In this document: positions 1 to 8,964 of the stretch, in pieces | Position numbering within the stretch: the stretch's first letter is position 1 | Layout of the letters: every line of letters begins with the position of its first letter | Assembly: GCA_963811645.1 (NCBI GenBank) | Contig: CAWERU010000002.1 | Location: 1,358,265-1,422,264 of the forward strand | DNA length: 64,000 bases | Origin: an uncultured Bacteroidota bacterium | GTDB taxonomy: Bacteria > Bacteroidota > Bacteroidia > Chitinophagales > Chitinophagaceae | Reading direction: 5' to 3' | Notes under the pieces: generated by a model | The model's input: only the letters and a program-made list of their open reading frames with translations | What the model was told of the DNA's origin: nothing | The model's database searches: none | Translations under genes and position numbers: made by a program

Positions 1-1
1 T

Positions 2-232
2 ATTAAAGAAGGGGAAAATAATCATCTTGAAGTAGTAACAACCGACACAGAGCCTATCCTTGCTGTGCAACAGGGCAGAGGTTCTCAAATACGAAGAGCA
101 AAATTCAAATTAGAAAAGGTGGTTGAAGTAATGGGATGGAAAGCAGTAGGTGCTAAGCTTGTTGATTACAGCAAGAGTGTAGAAATGGAGTGGATAAAGA
201 AAAAAGACAGCCAACAACCTGAGTTGTTTTAA
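2..232 (+). CDS. 3' end of an upstream gene entering the window (76 aa C-terminal fragment, product not recognised)
   Basis: Open frame from the window edge to TAA at 230-232, reading IKEGENNHLEVVTTDTEPILAVQQGRG...QQPELF. No start codon lies inside the window, and the ORF track omits it because it has no start. Confidence 0.3.
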   Translation: MKEGENNHLEVVTTDTEPILAVQQGRGSQIRRAKFKLEKVVEVMGWKAVGAKLVDYSKSVEMEWIKKKDSQQPELF

Positions 233-273
233 ATAATTGCTGAACTGAATTGCAATATTTGGCGTAGTAAGAA

Positions 274-1197
274 TTAATTCTTTTTCCTTCGTATCCTCAG
301 CGTTGCATTTTGAGAAAGATTACTGCTCATAGAAATTTCATATCGCTTTTTGCCGTCGGTAACAACCATCAGCGCCGTATTGGGGGGAATGCTTCCGAGG
401 TTATCGGCAAACATAGTGATCTCATTTACTTCTCTTGTTGAATCAAGCACTACATCAAAATGAACAGACTTGGTACTGAGTATGCGGTTAAATGCAATTA
501 ATTTATCATTATAAAAAATAGAGATCGAATCACCATCTACCTCTCCATTATCATAAAAATCCACTTTGAGTGAGTCGGAAGAAACTTCAATTTCTTTTGA
601 CAAAACTTTTTCTCTTTGTTTGTATTCAGCGTCTATTACATAATTCTCTACTTTGCGTGGAATTATGTTTACCGCTACCAGTGTATCCTGGAAAGTTGGT
701 TTCCAAACCTGGTTGGTTTCTTTATAAAGCCTGATCGCATTCATGATTGAATCTTCTTTGCTTATATCTCCATTCAGCTTCAGATCAAAATTTACGTCGA
801 CACAAGTATGTTTATAACCCGGTTTGCCCAGGAAAGCACCAATCAGATTTGAGCCCACCTTGGCTACTCTAAGCTTAGCAACAAAATCCATTATGCAATC
901 TATTTCCATATCGTTTAAAGAACCGTGATAGGTAAGGGGGATATCAAAAAGGGTAAGCTGTCTTGTACGGGAATCGTAGTTGCCATTAACTTTTAAACTC
1001 CGAAAATTTCTTTTGAAATAATAGTTAATAATTCCCTGCACCCTTGTTTTGTTTTGGTGCAGGATCAGTTCAACCAGGTAATTGTTAGTGGAACTGTTTG
1101 ATTGTACATTGGCTGTGCCGTACCAGTAGCCTGAAACTGTTTGTGAAAAAGTTTGCAGCGAAATCAATATAAAAATTAATACGGAGGTTTTTTTCAT
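274..1197 (-). CDS. hypothetical secreted protein
   Basis: 307 aa ORF with an N-terminal signal peptide (MKKTSVLIFILISLQTFSQ). I recognise no family. Confidence 0.5.
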   Translation of the reverse strand: MKKTSVLIFILISLQTFSQTVSGYWYGTANVQSNSSTNNYLVELILHQNKTRVQGIINYYFKRNFRSLKVNGNYDSRTRQLTLFDIPLTYHGSLNDMEIDCIMDFVAKLRVAKVGSNLIGAFLGKPGYKHTCVDVNFDLKLNGDISKEDSIMNAIRLYKETNQVWKPTFQDTLVAVNIIPRKVENYVIDAEYKQREKVLSKEIEVSSDSLKVDFYDNGEVDGDSISIFYNDKLIAFNRILSTKSVHFDVVLDSTREVNEITMFADNLGSIPPNTALMVVTDGKKRYEISMSSNLSQNATLRIRRKKN

Positions 1198-1253
1198 AAG
1201 TCGATAAAAAAAGCAAAAACCATGCTTTAGTTTAAAACGTTCAATATATAAAC

Positions 1254-1691
1254 TTATTTCAGCCAGCGCTTCATTTCTCTTTCTGTATCTCTTTGCTTTA
1301 TAGCTTCCCTTTTGTCATACATTTTTTTCCCCTTTCCCAGGCCAATTTCCATTTTCGCTAAATTTTTTTCATTGAAAAAGATTCGCAAAGGGATCAATGT
1401 ATAACCTTTCTCTTTAAGTTTGGATTCTATTTTCTTTATCTCACGCTTTTGCAATAATAGCTTTCGTTCACGCATGGGCTCATGATTGCTGGCAGAGCCA
1501 TGAGAATATTCGGCAATATGCAAATTTTTTATCCAAACTTCGCCTTTATGAATAAAACAATAGCTGTCATTAAAGCTGGCCTTTCCTTCACGCAGCGACT
1601 TTACCTCCGTACCTGTTAATACAATTCCCGCATCGTATTTATTGTCGATGAAATATTCAAAATAAGCGGAGCGATTTTTAATTTCCTGCAT
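1254..1691 (-). CDS. smpB: SsrA-binding protein SmpB
   Basis: 145 aa with the typical SmpB length and sequence (GIVLTGTEVKSLREGKASFNDSY...; basic C-terminal tail KREAIKQRDTEREMKRWLK). Confidence 0.9.
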   Translation of the reverse strand: MQEIKNRSAYFEYFIDNKYDAGIVLTGTEVKSLREGKASFNDSYCFIHKGEVWIKNLHIAEYSHGSASNHEPMRERKLLLQKREIKKIESKLKEKGYTLIPLRIFFNEKNLAKMEIGLGKGKKMYDKREAIKQRDTEREMKRWLK

Positions 1692-1878
1692 TTATTCTTA
1701 TCTCAAATGGCAAATATAAGATGTGGGTATTATGTAGCCAGCATTTGTATTACTATTTGGCTGTTGTTGCGTCGCACTCTTATACTTTCTTATCGCTATT
1801 CAGCAAATTTTTCTGAAATTGGATTTTTTATTTTATTCATCTTTCACTTTGACTTATCTTGAAGAAATTTTTTGCCAG

Positions 1879-3354
1879 ATGACTTCAAATCAGAAAAACA
1901 AAGGTCTTTCCCGCCGTTCTTTTATTAAAAACACATCCCTTGCAGCAGGCGGTTTTTTTATTGTTCCGCGCCATGTATTGGGCAAAGGGTTTATTCCTCC
2001 CAGTGATAAACTCAATATTGCAGGAATAGGTATAGGTGGCAAGGGCGCTTCTGACATTTCGAATGCATGGAACAATGGCGCCGAAAATGTAGTGGCTCTT
2101 TGCGATGTTGACTGGAATTATGCAAAGGGTACTGCTAACAAATTTTCCAATGCAAAAAAATATAATGATTACCGCAAAATGCTGGATGAAATGAAAAACG
2201 GCATTGATGCGCTTACCATTTCTACTCCTGATCACATGCATGCACCTATTGCGATGGCTGCCATGCAACTGGGCAAACATGTTTACGTGCAAAAACCTTT
2301 GACCCACGATATTTATGAAGCACGCATGTTAACGGAAGCTGCCCACAAATACAAAGTGGTAACGCAAATGGGCAACCAGGGCGCATCGAGTGATGGTTCT
2401 GCTCAATTGGTTGAGTGGCATGATAAGGGAATTATCGGGAAAGTGCACACAGCATATATATGGACAAACCGACCGGTATGGCCACAAGGTATTCCTGTAC
2501 CAACCGATAAACCGCCATTACCTGAAGGCATGAGCCAGGAAGATTGGGATCTTTGGATAGGCACTGCACCTTATGTTGATTACAATCCTTTATACCATCC
2601 TTTTAAATGGAGAGGCTGGTGGAATTTTGGCACCGGCGCTTTGGGCGATATGGGTTGTCATTTGATTGACCCGGCATTCAGAGTATTGGGCTTAGGTTAT
2701 CCCACTGAAGTCGAATGCAGTGTTGGCCAGGTTTTCATTCGCGAATGGCAACCTGAATATATCCCTGAAGGATGCCCGCCTTCATCACATGTACAATTAA
2801 AATTTCCGGCATCCAAAAAAAATCCTTCAGAAGTAAAAATGATCTGGAATGATGGCGGCATTCGTCCATTCCACCCTGACCTGATACCGGCTGACGATTT
2901 TATTGGAGAACCCGGCAGTGCCAACGGCGGTATACTGATAGGCGAAAAAGGGATCATGACGTTCGGTACTTACGGAATGGAACCACAGGTTTATTTGGAT
3001 GATGGTACCAAACTTAAACAAAGTAATCAAAAAACAGACTTGCAGAAAATGCCTGAAAGCGGTCACCAGGTTGCGTGGGTGCGTGCATGCAAAGCAGGCT
3101 TCGAAAGCAAAGAACATAAAGCACTTACTTCTTCATTTGATTATTCAGGTCCTTTAACTGAAACTGTGTTGATGGGTAATCTTGCTATTCGCAGTTATAA
3201 TGTAAGAGTAAACAGAAGTAATGGTGGTGGTTATGATTACACGGGACGGAAAAAATTATTGTGGGATGGTGCCAATATGAAGATCACCAATTTTGATGAA
3301 GCAAATCAATTTGTGAAAAGAGAGTATAGAGAAGGTTGGGGGCTGGCTTTCTAA
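1879..3354 (+). CDS. Gfo/Idh/MocA-family oxidoreductase with Tat signal (periplasmic sugar dehydrogenase-like)
   Basis: Twin-arginine motif SRRSFIKNTSLAAGG is followed by a Rossmann NAD-binding region (IAGIGIGGKGASD) and the Gfo/Idh/MocA core. The ORF-track start at 1819 adds a non-signal extension, so the start at 1879 (MTSNQKNKGLSRRSF) is preferred. Confidence 0.8.
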   Translation: MTSNQKNKGLSRRSFIKNTSLAAGGFFIVPRHVLGKGFIPPSDKLNIAGIGIGGKGASDISNAWNNGAENVVALCDVDWNYAKGTANKFSNAKKYNDYRKMLDEMKNGIDALTISTPDHMHAPIAMAAMQLGKHVYVQKPLTHDIYEARMLTEAAHKYKVVTQMGNQGASSDGSAQLVEWHDKGIIGKVHTAYIWTNRPVWPQGIPVPTDKPPLPEGMSQEDWDLWIGTAPYVDYNPLYHPFKWRGWWNFGTGALGDMGCHLIDPAFRVLGLGYPTEVECSVGQVFIREWQPEYIPEGCPPSSHVQLKFPASKKNPSEVKMIWNDGGIRPFHPDLIPADDFIGEPGSANGGILIGEKGIMTFGTYGMEPQVYLDDGTKLKQSNQKTDLQKMPESGHQVAWVRACKAGFESKEHKALTSSFDYSGPLTETVLMGNLAIRSYNVRVNRSNGGGYDYTGRKKLLWDGANMKITNFDEANQFVKREYREGWGLAF

Positions 3355-3430
3355 GTTTAAGAGGTTTAAAAAATTTCAGAGGCTCCCCAGAGTTGTAGTT
3401 TAAACTTTTTGAGCTTTTGGAACGAGTAAA

Positions 3431-4138
3431 CTAGTCACTTACCAGTTTTTTTGATTTCTTCAGATATCTCGCAAACAGGTATAGGATCATCAATGCAATC
3501 AAAATAGAAATGAAAATCGGGAGATTTTTATGAAAGTCAAATTGCTCTTTGTGAAAATAAAAGTGCTTCATTACAATTAGTACCGCGCCTGTCATCCAGA
3601 TATAGGTAGCATTATATTCACGAATGATCACTCTTTTCCATTTAAACTGCATACTGCTTAACGTTTTTCCAAGGCCATTGAAATTGACCAGCCACCGGTT
3701 TACTTTTTTGCAATATTCATCGTATTGCTCGCCGAATTTATTTCGCAAATAATTTTCTTCTGCTAATACAATGGCCTGCCAAAAGAATAAAAACAGGGGA
3801 GTAAATACAGCCATGAACAGTAATGAGTTTGATGCAATGCCTAATCCAACTAAAATAAGAATATTGCCTACATATAAGGGATTGCGGCAATGTGCAAAAA
3901 TTCCGGTAGTTACCAGGTCTTCTGCATATACTCTTCTGTCTTTCCCGCCGCGGATAATATAAACCAACCCAATTGTAATTATTCGTGCCAATTGACCAGT
4001 GACAGTCACGGTAAATCCGATGATCATTGCTGTAATGGGATTATTAAATACTTCCCAGGAAGGAACAAACAGCATTAAATAAAAAAAAGGGAAAATTCCG
4101 TTTCGGTTGCGAAATAAAAAATTACCTAGTTTGACCAA
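3431..4138 (-). CDS. isoprenylcysteine carboxyl methyltransferase (ICMT)-family / phospholipid methyltransferase-like membrane protein
   Basis: Polytopic membrane protein with the family C-terminal motif LVTTGIFAHCRNPLYVGNILILVG followed by an EE..NKFG.YDEY tail. Confidence 0.65.
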   Translation of the reverse strand: MVKLGNFLFRNRNGIFPFFYLMLFVPSWEVFNNPITAMIIGFTVTVTGQLARIITIGLVYIIRGGKDRRVYAEDLVTTGIFAHCRNPLYVGNILILVGLGIASNSLLFMAVFTPLFLFFWQAIVLAEENYLRNKFGEQYDEYCKKVNRWLVNFNGLGKTLSSMQFKWKRVIIREYNATYIWMTGAVLIVMKHFYFHKEQFDFHKNLPIFISILIALMILYLFARYLKKSKKLVSD

Positions 4139-4179
4139 GTTGGTTTATAGTTTATTTGTTTATCGTTTGTTGTTTATCA

Positions 4180-4914
4180 TCATTTCACCGCAATCATTCC
4201 ACTGAAGTTATACCATTTAAAAAACGTATCGACATAGCGAAAGCCGGTATTTAAAAGCAGTTCACGATTCTCCAAAAGTTTGTAAGGTATCAGTACATTT
4301 TCAAGTGCTTCACGTTTTTGCGCTATTTCCATTTCATTATAATGATTTCTGCGTTTGAAATCATAATAGTAATCAATAAAAAGGCGATTGAACAATGAAT
4401 CTTCTCCCAGCACTTTTTCGATGAGGATAAAGCAGGAGTTATCATTCATTTGCTGATAGATTTCTTTTAATAATTTTTCCCTGTAAAGAGGACGAATGAA
4501 TTGTAAGGTTAAGCACATAACCACTACTGAAGCATTCTCAATTTTTACTCCAAGGTTCAGATCAACTCTTTGCAGATCAAACTTTCTTTTTACATCGGAG
4601 GATTCGAAGTTAGCTCTGCATTTTTTCAGCATTTCTTCGCTTTCATCAATGCCAACAAAATTGACATCAGGAGCTAAAGCCTTATCAAGATTAATAAGAG
4701 TAGTTCCTGTAGAGCATCCAAGATCATACACATTTGTTCCTGGCGAAGCAAAATCAGCGGCAAGTTCTGTCATCATTCGTTGTATCTCCAAATAGAATGG
4801 AACCGAACGAACCACCATATCATCAAAGACGGAAACCACAGTTTGACCAAATTTAAAGTCAGAAGCTTTTTGTGGCTTGTTGAAAATATCATCATGGTTT
4901 GTATCCTTACTCAT
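4180..4914 (-). CDS. cmoA: carboxy-S-adenosyl-L-methionine synthase CmoA
   Basis: 244 aa. Matches CmoA along its length (FDDMVVRSVPFYLEIQRMM..., VYDLGCSTG, NASVVVMCLTLQFI, HYNEMEIAQKREALENVL, class I SAM-binding fold). Confidence 0.8.
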   Translation of the reverse strand: MSKDTNHDDIFNKPQKASDFKFGQTVVSVFDDMVVRSVPFYLEIQRMMTELAADFASPGTNVYDLGCSTGTTLINLDKALAPDVNFVGIDESEEMLKKCRANFESSDVKRKFDLQRVDLNLGVKIENASVVVMCLTLQFIRPLYREKLLKEIYQQMNDNSCFILIEKVLGEDSLFNRLFIDYYYDFKRRNHYNEMEIAQKREALENVLIPYKLLENRELLLNTGFRYVDTFFKWYNFSGMIAVK

Positions 4915-4971
4915 ATTGAAAGGGAAAATGATTATTTAAAAAGTGGAGCAAAAATAAAGGAAGAAGAGAAA

Positions 4972-5838
4972 CTAATCTAAAAGTCTTGCCAGCTCGTTTA
5001 ATTCAGCCTTTTTATAACTATTCTTATTATCATCAAAACATTTACTTAATTCCTGGAGCAATTGCTGAATAATGTGCTTATTGGTCTGAGGTTTAAAATA
5101 TGTTCCTGTTGCAGGCACTCCGATCCTTTTAAAATAGTTTTCTACATCCTTGTGTGTAAACACCTGTCCGGAGGTCGGGTCAATAAAAAATTCTATTTTC
5201 TTCAGCGGATTTGGAAGATTTTCTTCAGAATATCCGGGTTTAAAATAGGCAATTACAAATTGTTTTGGTACGCCAATAGCTTTTACAGGAATGTCAAGCA
5301 ATTCACAAAGCACTAGGTATAAAATTCCATTACTTATCTGGTTTCCATGTTTTGCTTCCAGAACTTTATGTAATAAAAACTCATTTGAATCCTGGTAATT
5401 GGTTTCATTTCCTTTTAATCCGTAATAACTGTATAAAATGCTTGTTACAATATTAATTTGTTCCAACGGTGTCAGGTAGTTGTTTAACTCAAGCCAGATA
5501 TTGCGTCGTACTTTTTCAATTTCCTGCAGTACGGGTGTGGTCGAAAGTTCAGGATAAAGAAATTTGCAAACAAGCAATGCGCCCAGCATCAGGTCATGAT
5601 GACCTGAGACACTCCATTGATGAAAATCTTCAGTAAGATCCCGGTAATGCAGCCGGTGGATCAGCAGTTCAATGCGGGTTTGAGTTTGCTCACTGGGAGT
5701 AGTTTCCCATAAATGTTCCAGGTTTGGAATGATAGGTTTGCCATAATCAACGATCTTCTTGCTCACAGCGTCGAATACTTCTTCATCAGGGTCATCAATC
5801 AGGTGGAATAAAGCAGATATTTCTTTTGATTCTTGCAT
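4972..5838 (-). CDS. transglutaminase-like (SirB1/YchA-type, Transglut_core2) family protein
   Basis: 288 aa soluble protein. The core GNQISNGILYLVLCELLDIPVKAIGVPKQFVIAY resembles the SirB1 N-terminal transglutaminase-like fold. Only 57 bp separate it from cmoA downstream on the same strand. Confidence 0.45.
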   Translation of the reverse strand: MQESKEISALFHLIDDPDEEVFDAVSKKIVDYGKPIIPNLEHLWETTPSEQTQTRIELLIHRLHYRDLTEDFHQWSVSGHHDLMLGALLVCKFLYPELSTTPVLQEIEKVRRNIWLELNNYLTPLEQINIVTSILYSYYGLKGNETNYQDSNEFLLHKVLEAKHGNQISNGILYLVLCELLDIPVKAIGVPKQFVIAYFKPGYSEENLPNPLKKIEFFIDPTSGQVFTHKDVENYFKRIGVPATGTYFKPQTNKHIIQQLLQELSKCFDDNKNSYKKAELNELARLLD

Positions 5839-6203
5839 ACTTAACGATCTTCCTTGTCTTTATCCGTCTTTATTTTCAAAACATTGTTCAATATCGTTAC
5901 AGTTTTAAGAAACACATAAAAATGTTTTTCCACATATGGGGAAACAGTTTATAAAATTAATAAAGAAAAAAATTATGAATACCTTAAATGGTATTTGCCA
6001 GTAGCCGTATGGTGCACTTATATTTGTATACTTTTTAATCATTCAATATTCACTAAAAAGTGCATGAATAAAATGACATAGCACTAATTTTTTGTCATTT
6101 CTTCTGTCATATAATGTATAGAACTGTTAGCGAATAGTTATTTCTTAAAGTCATTTTTTACTTTGTCTGCTTTTTGCCATCTGAATAGTAAAAATATTGA
6201 ACC

Positions 6204-6581
6204 ATGAAAAAGCTATTTGTAATATTGTTATCAATGATAATGGCCATTAGCGTTTCGGCGCAACGCAAATCCATAGGGGGGCATTATCATCGTTACTATA
6301 GACCAAGAACAAGAATAATTGTCGGGATGGGAGGATTCTATCCTTATTATCCTTTGACTCCATATGATTATTATTTGGGTTATCCCCCACATTATGCCCG
6401 GCCTTCAAGGTTAGCATTACAAATTGAAGATATAAGAAGCGACTATAAAGACAGGATATGGTCTGTAAGACATGATAAAAAACTTTCAAGGAGTGAAAGG
6501 AAAAAAGAAATTCATGAATTAAAGTCACAGAGAGATCGAGGTATTCGGGATGTTGAAAGAAATTATCATCGATCGTACTGA
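6204..6581 (+). CDS. small secreted Tyr/Pro/Arg-rich protein (hypothetical)
   Basis: 125 aa. Signal peptide MKKLFVILLSMIMAISVSAQ is followed by a low-complexity aromatic segment (HYHRYYRPR...GGFYPYYPLTPYDYYLGYPPHY) and a strongly basic helical tail. Confidence 0.45.
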   Translation: MKKLFVILLSMIMAISVSAQRKSIGGHYHRYYRPRTRIIVGMGGFYPYYPLTPYDYYLGYPPHYARPSRLALQIEDIRSDYKDRIWSVRHDKKLSRSERKKEIHELKSQRDRGIRDVERNYHRSY

Positions 6582-6654
6582 AGATAGATGGATTAGATTA
6601 AGTTTTTAATGCCCAATGTAAGCAAAGTCCTAACAGCAAGGCTTTGCTTTTTAT

Positions 6655-7767
6655 TTATATCCCTTCCAGGTATTGACTTTTTATATACCTGGCGACATCA
6701 ACAAGGTTTTTTGTGGTTTCAAATACGGCCAGTTGCCTGTCTGCTCCTGTGCCATTCTCGAGCATTTTAGTTATATGAGCTAACCTGTGGCGGCTACCCA
6801 GGTGATCAATCACATCATCTACAAAATCTAATAGTTCATAAATTAATACCCGTGTATTCACTTCTTCTTCCTTGCCAAAGTCAATTAACCTTCCGTCAAT
6901 ACCATAGCGGCTGGCCCTCCATTTATTTTCATTAATAAGCGGTCGTGGATATTGAATAAAATTCATATTCTGTGAACGAAGCTTGTAAATCTTTGCACAC
7001 ACTGCCTGGAATAATGATGCAAGAGCGATTGTTTCATCAACTGTCATTGGTACATCGCAAATTCTGAATTCAACTGTATTAAAGAAGGGGTGCACCCGGA
7101 GATCCCACCATATTTTTTTTGCGTTATCAATGCAATTCGTTTTTACAAGCAGTTTCACATAATTCTCATAGGCCTCAATGCTTTCAAAGGCTTCGGGGAT
7201 ACCGGTACGGGGAAACTTGTCGAATACTTTTGTGCGGAAAGATTTATAACCGGTTTGTCTTCCTTCCCAAAAAGGAGAGTTGGTGCTGAGAGCATAGATG
7301 TGAGGTAAAAAATATCTTGTTGAATTAGCTATATGATTTGCCATTTCCCTTGTTTCCATACCCACATGTACATGCAAACCAAAAATCAGGTTGCTCCTGG
7401 CGGCTTCCTGTAATTCATTTACAATTTCATTGTAACGGGCATGATCAGTAATTAACTGGCTTTCCCAATGACTGAAAGGATGAGTACCGGCAGCTCCCAT
7501 GGCAAAACCCAATTCTTCTGCAATATTCGAAATGGTTTTTCTCAGGGTGGCAACATCTTTATATGCTTCATCCACGTCGTTACAGATATCGGTTCCCACC
7601 TCAACAACAGCCTGGTGCATTTCTGCTTTTACTTTATCCTTTATCACTTTTTGACCTTCATGCACAATCTTTTGTTCATGACTTTTTAATTCAAACGTCA
7701 CAGGATCAAGAACCATATATTCTTCTTCGACTCCAAGAGTAAAACTTTTATAGTTGAGGATGGCCAT
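6655..7767 (-). CDS. carboxylate-amine ligase, YbdK / glutamate-cysteine ligase family 2 (GCS2)
   Basis: 370 aa. The N-terminus FTLGVEEEYMVLD is the GCS2 signature, and length and composition match YbdK-type gamma-glutamyl ligases. Confidence 0.8.
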   Translation of the reverse strand: MAILNYKSFTLGVEEEYMVLDPVTFELKSHEQKIVHEGQKVIKDKVKAEMHQAVVEVGTDICNDVDEAYKDVATLRKTISNIAEELGFAMGAAGTHPFSHWESQLITDHARYNEIVNELQEAARSNLIFGLHVHVGMETREMANHIANSTRYFLPHIYALSTNSPFWEGRQTGYKSFRTKVFDKFPRTGIPEAFESIEAYENYVKLLVKTNCIDNAKKIWWDLRVHPFFNTVEFRICDVPMTVDETIALASLFQAVCAKIYKLRSQNMNFIQYPRPLINENKWRASRYGIDGRLIDFGKEEEVNTRVLIYELLDFVDDVIDHLGSRHRLAHITKMLENGTGADRQLAVFETTKNLVDVARYIKSQYLEGI

Positions 7768-7810
7768 TTCTTTTAATTATTAATTAGTAGTTATTAATTA
7801 ATAATTTCTA

Positions 7811-8764
7811 TCAAACCAAATTCATTTTGTTACTGCTGCGCTTCACATATTCACCCCATATAAGATTATCTTTTCCTTCTTCGTTTTCCATTGCTCTTTC
7901 AATAGCATAGTTTGTCATTGTTTCAACGACCCATTCAAAATTCTCTTCCCCCACATTACTTCGTTCTGCATCGGGGGCAGGATTGCAAAAGTCAATTGCA
8001 TACGGCACCCCATCACGAACAGCTAATTCCACAGTATTGAAATCATATCCCAAATACTGGTTGATACGAAGAACAATTTCTTCCATTTGTTCCAATCGTT
8101 CCTGTGGTGGTTTGAAATCAGCTACATAGCGCAGGTGGTAAGGATGACGAGGTTCATAAGACATAATACGCACATATTTCTTTCCGACGCAGTAGCAGCG
8201 ATAATATTCCTCAAATTCAATTTCTTCCTGCAGCAGCATTACGAGTTGTCCTGTTTCATTATGTTTTTCAAAAAATTCTTCAGCACTTTCAAGCCTGTAA
8301 ACATTTTTCCAGCCGCCACCGGAAAATGGTTTCATGTAAGCAGGAAAGCCAATGTATTTGAACATAGAATCCCAATCAAGAGGATATTCAAGATTGCTGA
8401 ATGATTCGTCAGAAGTATCTGTGGGCAGATCTCTTGAAGGAAGAATGACTGTTTTTGGGACAGGTACTCCAATTTGTGTCATCAGGCAATTATTGAAATA
8501 TTTATCATCAGCGCTCCACCAGAAAGGGTTATTGATGACTGCAGCTCCGGCTAATGCAGCATTTTTTAGCCATGTTCTGTAAAAAGGAATATCCTGGGAT
8601 ATGCGGTCCACTATTACAGAATACCCGCTTGGTTCTCCCTGTACTGCTTTTGCAATATGTACAGGTTCCGCCATAATACCGGAGATGTTTTTGCTGTTTA
8701 TTCTTTCAACAAAGGCCATAGGAAAGGTTCTCTCCCTACCAAACAGAATACCGATTTTTTTCAT
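7811..8764 (-). CDS. ATP-grasp family ligase (RimK/GshB-like fold)
   Basis: 317 aa. ATP-grasp phosphate-binding segment AYMKPFSGGGWKNVY and a putative Mg-binding AIDFCNPAP. Sits 43 bp upstream of the GCS2 gene on the same strand, so co-transcription is likely. Confidence 0.7.
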   Translation of the reverse strand: MKKIGILFGRERTFPMAFVERINSKNISGIMAEPVHIAKAVQGEPSGYSVIVDRISQDIPFYRTWLKNAALAGAAVINNPFWWSADDKYFNNCLMTQIGVPVPKTVILPSRDLPTDTSDESFSNLEYPLDWDSMFKYIGFPAYMKPFSGGGWKNVYRLESAEEFFEKHNETGQLVMLLQEEIEFEEYYRCYCVGKKYVRIMSYEPRHPYHLRYVADFKPPQERLEQMEEIVLRINQYLGYDFNTVELAVRDGVPYAIDFCNPAPDAERSNVGEENFEWVVETMTNYAIERAMENEEGKDNLIWGEYVKRSSNKMNLV

Positions 8765-8964
8765 AATAACATAGTTGGGTTAGTCAAATGTATTTTAAAT
8801 TTCCAAGAACCGGATAAGTAAAAAGTCAAAAGTAAAAATGAAAAATCTTAGGTCCGGGTAGGCTTGCTTATTAATTTATTTTTCGTTCTTGCAGAGCTTT
8901 CGATCAGATATAGTTTAACTAAAATCGGGTTTTAATTTTTACTTTTAAATTTTAATTTGAATGT
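8765..8964. promoter_or_regulatory. divergent promoter region between the ATP-grasp/GCS2 operon and the esterase gene
   Basis: 200 bp AT-rich intergenic region between divergent starts. A Bacteroidota -7-like element TAATTTGA lies just upstream of the esterase ATG. I could not map promoters exactly. Confidence 0.3.

Noticed and set aside
1254-1691. tmRNA (ssrA) gene expected near smpB
   Set aside because: I found no tRNA-like acceptor or T-arm sequence (GGTTCGAATCC-type) in the flanks. ssrA is presumably elsewhere.
1885-3117. Antisense or nested ORFs inside the Gfo/Idh/MocA gene (1885..2307, 1890..2075, 2697..2957, 2827..3117)
   Set aside because: They are embedded opposite a strongly supported coding frame. 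Their translations are low-complexity or Cys/His-rich with no family resemblance.
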